From positions 159 through 64,158 of the forward strand of contig CAJMBK010000007.1 of NCBI GenBank assembly GCA_905211645.1: 64,000 nt of DNA, written 5' to 3'. The position numbers and the translations under genes were made by a program. Positions 32,112 to 40,609 of the stretch are shown here, in pieces. Origin of the DNA: an uncultured Bacillales bacterium. Lineage in GTDB: Bacteria; Bacillota_I; Bacilli_A; RFN20; CAG-288. The notes beneath the pieces are model-generated. The model had not been told where the DNA came from, did not search any database, and worked only from the letters and a program-made list of their open reading frames with translations. Within the stretch, counting starts at the first letter, position 1, and each line of letters starts with the position of its first letter.

Positions 32112-32192
32112 ATGACTAGAATTAAACACTTTGAAGTTTGTGTTCAACCGATTAATAGGTTTTTCTTGGGTAAAATTAGAAATTTCGCATGA
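32112..32192 (+). CDS. possible 26-aa small ORF (MTRIKHFEVCVQPINRFFLGKIRNFA)
   Basis: Strong SD AAAGGAGAG 7 nt upstream of the ATG. TGA stop 45 nt before the next gene's start. Too short for the supplied ORF track. Confidence 0.25.
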   Translation: MTRIKHFEVCVQPINRFFLGKIRNFA

Positions 32193-32237
32193 TCATGTAG
32201 TGTGATTATGCGTTTTTTAATTGAAAAGGAGAATAAT

Positions 32238-33380
32238 ATGTATATAAGTCAGCAGCAACGATATCTAAGATCCACGATTACTGCTTTATCATTAATCTGT
32301 TCTCTTTTAGTAATTTTTACAGCAGCATTATCGCTAATTCCATTATTTCTATTTGTAAATCTTCTTTTAGTTTTACTCTCTGTTGGTTTTGTAGTTAGAT
32401 ATCTTAGATATTATAAGAGAATGAAAGATATATGGCTTAAACCAGTTAATGATATTCGTTCATTCACCTCATTATCATTTGCAAGTTTTGTATGTTTAAT
32501 TCTTACGTATTTTCCTTATTCATTTACTGGATTAATTCATCTAACAGTAATATTAGAATTATTTCATCTTGTAACATTAGTGCCGATGTTTATTCTTTAT
32601 AATGATTTTAAGAAAACGGATTGTAAACTAGATAAACATTCTCTAAATCTGGTCAAAGCTAATGTTATCTTTGTAGGACTAATAAATCTTATTTATGGTG
32701 TACTATCTTCTTTTTTGATACGAAATATTTTCACGATTATTTATCTCTATTTTCCTTTAAGCATAAGTACAGCATGGGTATTAATTTTTTGTTTCACAGT
32801 TCTTAATAGAGAATATGAAAATGTATATAAAAATCAGGAGACTAAGGGTTTAATCCTTTTTATTGTAGGTATTATCTTAGTAGCAATTGGTAATGTAATT
32901 TGTTTTAAGTTTGAAGAATCTTTAGTACCACATATTTTAATTGCAATATTTTCTTTATTGCAATTTGTTGGAATTATCTGTCTTTGCATTTCTTTTGTCT
33001 TTGGAATACCCAAAGGAAAAGAAAAATTGTATAAGATTTTGGATATTTGTGCTCTTGGAGTAGTTATTACTACAAATGCAGCTGTAAATACGGTTCTTAA
33101 AGGGGATTACGTAAATTTGATTGTTATGGATAATTTATTCATGAATATTGGTGTTCTATTTGCTGTTGCAGTATTCTTATGCTTAAAAGACAGACAAAGT
33201 AATAACTTACCTTATTTCTGCCTAATACTTTTATTCTATTTTGCAAATTGTTACTCAGGATTTGCTATTGTTCCTTCCTGGTTAATAATGGCTGTAACAT
33301 CAATAGTTTTCATTGTTCGAATTTTGATAAGCAGAAAGAAAGCAACAAGTTCTAATAGGCAGATTCCCGCTAATGTCTAA
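32238..33380 (+). CDS. polytopic membrane protein, unknown function
   Basis: ATG 32238 follows AAGGAG with a 6-nt spacer. About 380 aa with about 10 hydrophobic segments. Confidence 0.6.
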   Translation: MYISQQQRYLRSTITALSLICSLLVIFTAALSLIPLFLFVNLLLVLLSVGFVVRYLRYYKRMKDIWLKPVNDIRSFTSLSFASFVCLILTYFPYSFTGLIHLTVILELFHLVTLVPMFILYNDFKKTDCKLDKHSLNLVKANVIFVGLINLIYGVLSSFLIRNIFTIIYLYFPLSISTAWVLIFCFTVLNREYENVYKNQETKGLILFIVGIILVAIGNVICFKFEESLVPHILIAIFSLLQFVGIICLCISFVFGIPKGKEKLYKILDICALGVVITTNAAVNTVLKGDYVNLIVMDNLFMNIGVLFAVAVFLCLKDRQSNNLPYFCLILLFYFANCYSGFAIVPSWLIMAVTSIVFIVRILISRKKATSSNRQIPANV

Positions 33381-33426
33381 CTATTTTTGACAAAGAAGAT
33401 TATTGATATTGTTTGTAAAATTGTAA

Positions 33427-33462
33427 AAACCTCTATTTGTTAAAATAACAACTAGAGGTTTT
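33427..33462 (+). terminator. terminator hairpin whose 3' arm contains the SD of the next gene
   Basis: AAACCTCTA...TAGAGGTTT 9-bp stem plus T. The GAGG at 33455-58 is the only SD-like element before ATG 33466. Confidence 0.55.
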
Positions 33463-33465
33463 ACT

Positions 33466-34224
33466 ATGGCACAAATTAAAGCGATATTTTTCGATTGTTG
33501 GAACACAATCATCAAGTATTTAGAAAGAGAAGAAAATTTCTTTTCAAAAGAGATCTACGATCTTTATATCGATGATGAATCTAAAAAAGAAAATAATGTT
33601 TCCAGAGAAGAATTTGCTACTTTATATTCTAACTTTTTACGTGAGTTTTATCACACCAATGAAAAATACGAACTTAGAGTTGAACAAGAAGTTAATTACG
33701 CTTTAGTTTATTTCAATTTAAAACTCAAAGATGGTGAAAATCTTAGTGAAGTCTGTGAGAAAGTCTCTCGTCACTACATCCCCGTTAAGATGGATGGAAT
33801 TGATGTTTTACTTGATTACTGCAAAGCTAACAACATCAAGATGTACGTTTTATCAAATACTGAATTTTCTTATGATATGACTTACTACCACATTAAAAAT
33901 TGTTACGGTGGTAAATTCCCCTTCGATGGATTACTTGTTTCATCTGATGTTGGAGTCAAAAAACCAAGTCCATTATTCTTCAATTTAGGTTTAAGAAAAT
34001 TTGGCTATTCAAAGGATGAAGTAATCTATGTTGGTGATAACTTCTTCTGCGATGTTTACGGCAGTAACAATGCGGAATTCAGACATTCAATTCATTTCAA
34101 TCCTAATAAGTTGGATATTAGAAGTTTTACTAGAAATAACACCATCGATATTGATAAGCAAAAATACATTTCAATTTCCAACTATCAAGAACTTGTTGAT
34201 TTATTAGAAAAAGAGGCAATTTAA
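33466..34224 (+). CDS. HAD-superfamily hydrolase
   Basis: Motif I variant FFDCWNT, motif II LSNT, and motif IV YVGDNFFCDVYG. Confidence 0.7.
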   Translation: MAQIKAIFFDCWNTIIKYLEREENFFSKEIYDLYIDDESKKENNVSREEFATLYSNFLREFYHTNEKYELRVEQEVNYALVYFNLKLKDGENLSEVCEKVSRHYIPVKMDGIDVLLDYCKANNIKMYVLSNTEFSYDMTYYHIKNCYGGKFPFDGLLVSSDVGVKKPSPLFFNLGLRKFGYSKDEVIYVGDNFFCDVYGSNNAEFRHSIHFNPNKLDIRSFTRNNTIDIDKQKYISISNYQELVDLLEKEAI

Positions 34225-34226
34225 TT

Positions 34227-35012
34227 ATGGATAGAAATTTATTTTATTACCAAACAGAAGTAAGTTTTTCCTACTCTGATTTTGATATCTATGATCATAT
34301 CTTCCCAAAAAGTATCTTGCAAGTATTCCAAGATATCGCTGGTGAACACGCTAACTATTTAAATGTTGGTTACAAAGCGTTCTTATCTAAGAATCTTATC
34401 TGGGTTTTGACTAGATTAGGTTATGAAGTTATTAAACCTATCAAACCTTTTAGAACTTACATCGCTAAAACTCACCCAGTTAGACCAAAACTTTTGAATA
34501 TTCAAAGAGATTTTGAATTAATCGATAAAGAAACTGGTGAAGTTTGTGTCAAAGGTAGCTCTCTTTGGGCAATTGTAAACATCGAAACAAGAAGACTTGT
34601 TCGCCCAACCCCTGATATGGGAGATATCTTCACCAAAGATTTTGAATATCTTGACGAAGATAAGAATATGCCTTTACTTAAATCAATCTCTAAAGATATC
34701 AACGCTGAAGAAGTCAGCTTAGTTCAAAAGGTTATCTTCCCATATTTGGATCATAACCTTCATATGAATAACACAAACTACTCATCTTTAGTATTAGCTG
34801 TTTTAGATTTACAAAAGGATGAATACGTTTCTTCAATTCAAATTAATTATGAGAAGGAATGTGCCTTGAACGATTCACTTTATATATATAAGGAAAATAT
34901 ATCCGATTACAATGATGGTGTCAGAACCGTCAAAGTTCTTGGTAAGAAGAATGAAGATGAAGTCTCCTTCATCTCAATTGTTTCAGTAAAGAAGGTTGAT
35001 AATGAATTATAA
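34227..35012 (+). CDS. acyl-ACP thioesterase family protein
   Basis: Double hot-dog layout. N-terminus YQTEVSFSYSDFD, IWVLTRLGYEV, SLWAIVNIETRRLVRP, and HMNNTNY in the second half. Confidence 0.75.
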   Translation: MDRNLFYYQTEVSFSYSDFDIYDHIFPKSILQVFQDIAGEHANYLNVGYKAFLSKNLIWVLTRLGYEVIKPIKPFRTYIAKTHPVRPKLLNIQRDFELIDKETGEVCVKGSSLWAIVNIETRRLVRPTPDMGDIFTKDFEYLDEDKNMPLLKSISKDINAEEVSLVQKVIFPYLDHNLHMNNTNYSSLVLAVLDLQKDEYVSSIQINYEKECALNDSLYIYKENISDYNDGVRTVKVLGKKNEDEVSFISIVSVKKVDNEL

Positions 35013-35367
35013 AATTTACAATTACTTTTCACTCAAACCAATTTTAATCACAATCGGTTTGTTTCTAATTCCAGTTATTGTTTCAGTTCCAATGGTTGCA
35101 GTCAGTTTAACAAACATGGATGAAACATTAAAAAGGTATTCCACCAACTCAGTTTATCTAATTGGCGCCATCTTTTTCCTTGTCTTTTTCCTTTTGTATG
35201 GTGCATTTGCAAAAAGCTACAGAAAAAAGACTAAAGATTACTCTGTAAAGATTCCATTTGAGGATCAAAATAAGAGGATGATGTTCACTTCTCCGGTCAT
35301 TGTAGTCACAATTTTGACATTTATCTTAGGAATAGTGGAAGAAATTATCCTTTTTTACCTTTTTTAG
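35002..35367 (+). CDS. small membrane protein, unknown function
   Basis: ATG 35002 overlaps the thioesterase 3' end. 3 hydrophobic segments. Confidence 0.5.
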   Translation: MNYKIYNYFSLKPILITIGLFLIPVIVSVPMVAVSLTNMDETLKRYSTNSVYLIGAIFFLVFFLLYGAFAKSYRKKTKDYSVKIPFEDQNKRMMFTSPVIVVTILTFILGIVEEIILFYLF

Positions 35368-35545
35368 CAAAAAAATTTTATAGTTGAGTATGGTTGTGTA
35401 AGCCCTTACTTATACAAATTTTTATTAATTTTGCCGGTTTTCTTAAAAAGTGCTTGAAAAAACAAATAAATTTAGGAAAATCGCCATTTTTTAAAAAAAT
35501 CATTTGTATATAATTTTCATAGTTCATATAAAGGAGGAGTTATAT

Positions 35546-38314
35546 ATGAAAAATTTAAAGAAGTCCCTTTCACTTATTTTCCTTTCTTCTTTATCACTTA
35601 CTTCTTGTAGTGGTATTCCAAGCGAATGGGCTGATGGTATCGACTGGGCAGAAGCAGAGCCAGGCGAAACTACATACAAAACATTAACAGATAAAGCTCG
35701 TAAAGCTGAATATAAGACATATTATTCATATATGCCTAACAGCTGGAACACAGCAACAACCTTCCAAGCTGAAGATGCTTACTATTTATCTAATGTTGTC
35801 GACTCTTTAATCGAAGTTGACCAATACAACAGAATCGTTCCTGCTCTTGCAACTGAAGTTCCTTCCCTTACAAACGGTGGAATCAAAGTTGTCGATGATC
35901 ATTATGAAATCACATTGACCATCAAAGATGATGTATGGTGGGTTGAAAATGATGGCTTCGGTGAAAAGAAAGTTGAAAAAGTTAAAGCTGAAGACTTCGT
36001 TACTGCAATGAAGATCAATTTGAACTTCGCTTCACGTTCAAATTCATCCTACTTGCCTCAAATGTTCTTAGCTGGTGCTTCCGATTATTATTATGCAACA
36101 TATTACATGGCTCAATATGAAACTGCAGAAGATAAGAAAGGTGCAACAAATGCTAAGGAATTCGCAGCTGTATTGTTAGGTTGCACAACTCAGGACATCG
36201 ATCAAATCTTAACATTCGAAGGCGTTGGTGTTAAAGCTGATGGCAATAAAGTTACATACATCTTAACCGGTAAGCAAGAATACTTCCTTTCCGTTTTAAC
36301 ATATACTCCATTCTTACCTGTTCCAACAGAATTCTACAATGCTCACACTGGTACATTCGGTAAGGATCCTAAGAATATTCTCTCCTGTGGTGCATATGTT
36401 GTTGATGGTTCCTATAAACAAGGTGTTTCCAAGGAAGTTATCTTAAATAAGAACTTAAACTATTATGATAAGAACCACGTCATGAACGGTCGTGTTCACA
36501 TCATGCTCTATCCTGAAGATTCCGATGAAACAACATTAAGAAAGTTGTTCGAATCAGGCACAATTGATTCATTCGGCGTTGATACATCCGATATCGAAGG
36601 TGTTAAGAAGTATATTACTGGTGAATCTGGTAAAGGTACTATCTTGAGTCCTGATAACAAATACTCAACAAGTATCGACAGTCCAGGTGAAGGTTCCACA
36701 ATGGCCTACAACCTCAACACTCACAGAACAGTTTACAAAGGTTCATTGTTCGATACAGAAGGTGCAGATCACTTCGATAATGCATTGATGAAATCTAACA
36801 ACAACTTGGATTTAGTTGATGACCCACTCAATGAATCCACAGAAGAACAAAAACTTCCTTCCGCTCTTGTCAATACAAACTTAGCATTATCCTACTCACC
36901 TAAGTTACGTGAAGCTGTCTTAACTTCTCTTGACTACTCAACATATTGGGTTAATAATCTCAAGACATACGATTCATACCAAGATCGTAGATTGAATGTT
37001 AATACATACACACCTCATGGTTTTATTACAACAGATGAACCAGCTGCTAATGGTGGTCATGACTATGTCGACTTCCTTGAAGAAGCATGGGTTAATGAAC
37101 GTGTTCTTGGTAAAGAAATCACTGTTGAAGGTGGTAAAGTTGTTAAAGAAACCTATGGTGCAACAGTTTTAGGCAAAGATAGCGTTACATTAAGTGAATT
37201 AGTTAAGTCTGAAAATGCAGATGCTAAAGCATATGCTCAAACATTGATTGACGCAGCACAAGACTTATTCTCACCTGGTGCAATGGGTCTTTACAACTTG
37301 ATTCCTGCTGTTGATGAAGAGCAAGGTAAGTTCACTGGTTTCGCAGTCGAATCCACTGAAGTTGGTCACTACGATGCTACAATCGGTAAGACTGGTGATA
37401 CAATTAGCTCCGCAGTTTCAACAGGTGCTGCTTTATCCGGTTCTTCTGAAGAAGGCGAGAGCGAAACTTGGTATAAATCACGTTCACGTGATACAGCATA
37501 TCTCTCCAAGTTAGTTAGTGAAGGTATTGCTGAAGCTCAAGCTAACCTTACAGCTGCAGGTCTTAATTGGCAAATTCAAACTCCTATCATCATCGAAGCT
37601 CCTACACTTAACTTCTCCGATGATCAAACCCAATTACAAGCTGCTTTCTTAAACCGTTCAAATGCTAATATTAATGGTGGTAAATACATCAGTGCTACTG
37701 ATGATATTGCTCCTGCTCAATACCGTGACGTTGGTGTTGGTGAAGCAAGTGATACTATCAAAGCAAATGATGCTCAAGTTCTCTTTGTCCAATCCACAAA
37801 AGGACTCATTCCTGATAGTCAAACATATTCAACCATCAACTCAACATACAACTGCACATTATTAGCTTCTGGTTGGATTCCAGATTACTCTGATGCTAAG
37901 ACATATGCAGATACAGTTAGAGCTAACGGTGACCTTTCTGGCTTACTCGGTCTTTCTTACGATACTAACTCTTCTGATAGTATTAATGCAAAACGTGTTA
38001 AGAGTATCACTGATGATTATCAAACATTGATTGACGAAGCTGACGCTCAAGTTGGTTCCGCAAACCGTGCTAGAGGTTATGCTGCTGCTGAAACCGATTT
38101 ACTCTTCGATAATTACTTATTAAGACCTTTATACAACAGAGGTCAAGGTATCACTGTTCAAGTCAGAAGAACACTTCCTAAGGGTGCAACAACACTTGCT
38201 TGGGGTCTCAACTCAACCAAGTTGAAAGGTGTCCAAGTCTTCGATGAGACTTTAACATCAGACATCGTCAAAGGTGTTTATGATGAAATCACAGCAATTA
38301 GAAATGCTGCTTAA
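35546..38314 (+). CDS. oppA: oligopeptide ABC transporter substrate-binding lipoprotein (family 5 SBP), oversized at 922 aa
   Basis: ATG 35546 follows AAGGAGGAG. Signal peptide MKNLKKSLSLIFLSSLSLTSC with lipobox LTSC. Family-5 signature-like TLTIKDDVWW. Lies directly 5' of oppBCDF. Confidence 0.8.
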   Translation: MKNLKKSLSLIFLSSLSLTSCSGIPSEWADGIDWAEAEPGETTYKTLTDKARKAEYKTYYSYMPNSWNTATTFQAEDAYYLSNVVDSLIEVDQYNRIVPALATEVPSLTNGGIKVVDDHYEITLTIKDDVWWVENDGFGEKKVEKVKAEDFVTAMKINLNFASRSNSSYLPQMFLAGASDYYYATYYMAQYETAEDKKGATNAKEFAAVLLGCTTQDIDQILTFEGVGVKADGNKVTYILTGKQEYFLSVLTYTPFLPVPTEFYNAHTGTFGKDPKNILSCGAYVVDGSYKQGVSKEVILNKNLNYYDKNHVMNGRVHIMLYPEDSDETTLRKLFESGTIDSFGVDTSDIEGVKKYITGESGKGTILSPDNKYSTSIDSPGEGSTMAYNLNTHRTVYKGSLFDTEGADHFDNALMKSNNNLDLVDDPLNESTEEQKLPSALVNTNLALSYSPKLREAVLTSLDYSTYWVNNLKTYDSYQDRRLNVNTYTPHGFITTDEPAANGGHDYVDFLEEAWVNERVLGKEITVEGGKVVKETYGATVLGKDSVTLSELVKSENADAKAYAQTLIDAAQDLFSPGAMGLYNLIPAVDEEQGKFTGFAVESTEVGHYDATIGKTGDTISSAVSTGAALSGSSEEGESETWYKSRSRDTAYLSKLVSEGIAEAQANLTAAGLNWQIQTPIIIEAPTLNFSDDQTQLQAAFLNRSNANINGGKYISATDDIAPAQYRDVGVGEASDTIKANDAQVLFVQSTKGLIPDSQTYSTINSTYNCTLLASGWIPDYSDAKTYADTVRANGDLSGLLGLSYDTNSSDSINAKRVKSITDDYQTLIDEADAQVGSANRARGYAAAETDLLFDNYLLRPLYNRGQGITVQVRRTLPKGATTLAWGLNSTKLKGVQVFDETLTSDIVKGVYDEITAIRNAA

Positions 38315-38384
38315 TTAAACTGTTTAAATAATATTAAGGTATTAATTTAAAGAATAGAAATCTATAATTATTATTGATAAAATA

Positions 38385-38422
38385 TTATGGCTAGTTTAAG
38401 CTGAACTAGCCATAATTTATTT
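38385..38422 (+). terminator. oppA-oppB intergenic hairpin (partial terminator / attenuator)
   Basis: TTATGGCTAGTT...AACTAGCCATAA perfect 12-bp stem followed by TTTATTT. Confidence 0.65.
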
Positions 38423-38438
38423 ATGAGGAGGTATATAA

Positions 38439-39629
38439 ATGAGAGATTTGGATCTTGGGATTCAAAAAATCATCGTTATCAGTTTATATACTGTAATTGT
38501 CGGTCTCATAGTTGCTTTCGTTGTAACTGCAATCTTAGTTAGAAAGAAAGTTATTTTGAAGTATTCCAATTCCGGTATAAAAAGATTTTTTGGTAACTCT
38601 TTACTTTATTACTCTTTAAGAAGAATCGGTTCAGCGATTATTACGATGTTCCTTGCAATCATCGTTACCTACTTCTTGTTGAGATTTAACTACAATCCTA
38701 ACAACTTCTGTGACGGAATTTTTATTAAGTTCCCAGTTGCTATTAGACCTCAGCTTTGTGACCAAATGCTCACAGCAATGGGCTACACCGGTTCCACTTT
38801 TGAGCAATTGTTAAGATTCATCTATAACGTTATTCCTTTCCCTAAAGAAATATCTGACTTCCAATCCACAGACTTAAATGGTAATGCAGCATATGTTTAT
38901 TGGGGTATTATCAATTTTGGTAACGGTTATCAAACCGGTAAAACAACCTTAACCCCACTCATTCAAGATATGATTGGTGATTATATCGGTTTATCCTTAG
39001 TCATTGGTGCTATCGGTTTCATCATCAGCGAACTTTTAGGTTATCCATTCGGTGTTTTACTTGCCAAATACAAGAACAAATGGTTCGATAAAGTTGGTAA
39101 TGCCTGTATCATCTTAGTCTTTGCTATCCCATCTGTTGTTTTCTACTACTTGTTCAAACAAGCATTCGATGCAATGGGATTCCCAATGCTTTACACATCG
39201 ACTAACTTTGCTTCATTAATTGCTCCTGGTCTTATCATGGGTCTTGGTTCATTCTGGTCTATCGCTTTATGGGTTAGACGTTACATGGTTGACGAATTCG
39301 GCTCCGATTACGTTAAATTCGCACGTTCTAAGGGTGTTCCTGAGAACAAGATTATGTATAAGCACGTTTTAAGAAACGCTATCATTCCACTTGTCAGATC
39401 CTTCCCAGCATCCATCTTATACTGCTTAGTTGGTTCATTCTTCATCGAATCCATCTACAGCGTTCCAGGTATCGGTTACCAATTATACGATGCCTTGACT
39501 AAGAACAATTTCCCTGCTGTTCAAGGTTTCACTATCTTCTCAGCATTTATTTCAGTTATCGCTTCAGTTAGTGGTGATATTCTTACCGCAGTTTGCGACC
39601 CTAGAATTTCATTCACTGCAAATGATTAA
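38439..39629 (+). CDS. oppB: oligopeptide ABC transporter permease OppB
   Basis: SD GAGGAGG upstream. Permease motif FARSKGVPENKIMYKHVLRNAIIPL. Confidence 0.9.
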   Translation: MRDLDLGIQKIIVISLYTVIVGLIVAFVVTAILVRKKVILKYSNSGIKRFFGNSLLYYSLRRIGSAIITMFLAIIVTYFLLRFNYNPNNFCDGIFIKFPVAIRPQLCDQMLTAMGYTGSTFEQLLRFIYNVIPFPKEISDFQSTDLNGNAAYVYWGIINFGNGYQTGKTTLTPLIQDMIGDYIGLSLVIGAIGFIISELLGYPFGVLLAKYKNKWFDKVGNACIILVFAIPSVVFYYLFKQAFDAMGFPMLYTSTNFASLIAPGLIMGLGSFWSIALWVRRYMVDEFGSDYVKFARSKGVPENKIMYKHVLRNAIIPLVRSFPASILYCLVGSFFIESIYSVPGIGYQLYDALTKNNFPAVQGFTIFSAFISVIASVSGDILTAVCDPRISFTAND

Positions 39630-39640
39630 AGGAGGTTAAT

Positions 39641-40597
39641 ATGCAAAAGGTTATAAATGATAAGTTTATTAAATCTAATGACGAAGAACTTTTTGAAATT
39701 ATTGGCGTCCAAAACGAAAGCATCGATGCTTTATCAACTGCTCCTTATTCATATTGGACTGAAGTTTTCAAAACATTAGCTCACAACAAAGGTGTTTGGA
39801 TCTGTTTATTCTTATTCCTCGTTGTTATCTTCTTCGCTATTTTTGGTAACAACTGGTGCTACTATGATCCAAACCAACTTCTTACAAATAAATATGAAGG
39901 ACCATCTGTTGAACACTGGTTCGGTGTCGGTTCCAAATGGGACTTATGGACTGTTACCTGGTCAGGTGCTAGAACATCCCTTATCCTTTCAGTCTTAGTC
40001 TCTTTAATCAACATCGCTTTAGGTCTTATCATCGGTTCTGTCTGGGGTTACTTCCCTAAGATTGACCCTATCATGATTGAAATTAGAAACTTCTTCACTA
40101 ACGTTCCAGCCCTCTTGTTGAACGTTATGTTTATGAAGCTGTTCCTGAAAGCGAGCGTGGATGCCTTCTGGGCTGTCACATTCTGTTTGTGCTTCACAGG
40201 TTGGCTCGGTTTAGCTTCCACAATCAGAAACCAAATCATCATCATCAGAAATCGTGACTTCAACATTGCTTCTAAGACTTTAGGTAGTAAGTCAGTCACT
40301 ATGATTATTCACAACATGCTTCCACAAATCATCGCTGTTGTTGTTACCTTAGTTGCTAACTCAATCCCAGCCGCCATCGACGGTGAAGTCTCATTATCAT
40401 TCTTCGGTTTGTCCGTTTCTAACCCAATCGAACCTACATTAGGTTACGTTATTAACACTGGTGCTAAAGACAGTAACTGGCCAACATCACCACATATTGT
40501 TATGTTGCCTGCTCTGGTCACCATCTTAATTACAATCACATGTTACTACATCGGTTTCGCTATCGCTGACGCTGCCGATCCTAGAACACATAGATAG
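39641..40597 (+). CDS. oppC: oligopeptide ABC transporter permease OppC
   Basis: SD AAGGAGG upstream. 6 TM segments. ASKTLGSKSVTMIIHNMLPQ motif. Confidence 0.9.
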   Translation: MQKVINDKFIKSNDEELFEIIGVQNESIDALSTAPYSYWTEVFKTLAHNKGVWICLFLFLVVIFFAIFGNNWCYYDPNQLLTNKYEGPSVEHWFGVGSKWDLWTVTWSGARTSLILSVLVSLINIALGLIIGSVWGYFPKIDPIMIEIRNFFTNVPALLLNVMFMKLFLKASVDAFWAVTFCLCFTGWLGLASTIRNQIIIIRNRDFNIASKTLGSKSVTMIIHNMLPQIIAVVVTLVANSIPAAIDGEVSLSFFGLSVSNPIEPTLGYVINTGAKDSNWPTSPHIVMLPALVTILITITCYYIGFAIADAADPRTHR

Positions 40598-40609
40598 GAG
40601 GAATTAAAT

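Noticed and set aside
25717-33380. Idea that the two unknown polytopic membrane proteins (25717..26646 and 32238..33380) are paralogues
   Set aside because: The only resemblance I could find is compositional, plus one short K/D-rich loop (YFYKKDKKLDWSKKE versus YNDFKKTDCKLDKHS). That is insufficient without an alignment statistic.
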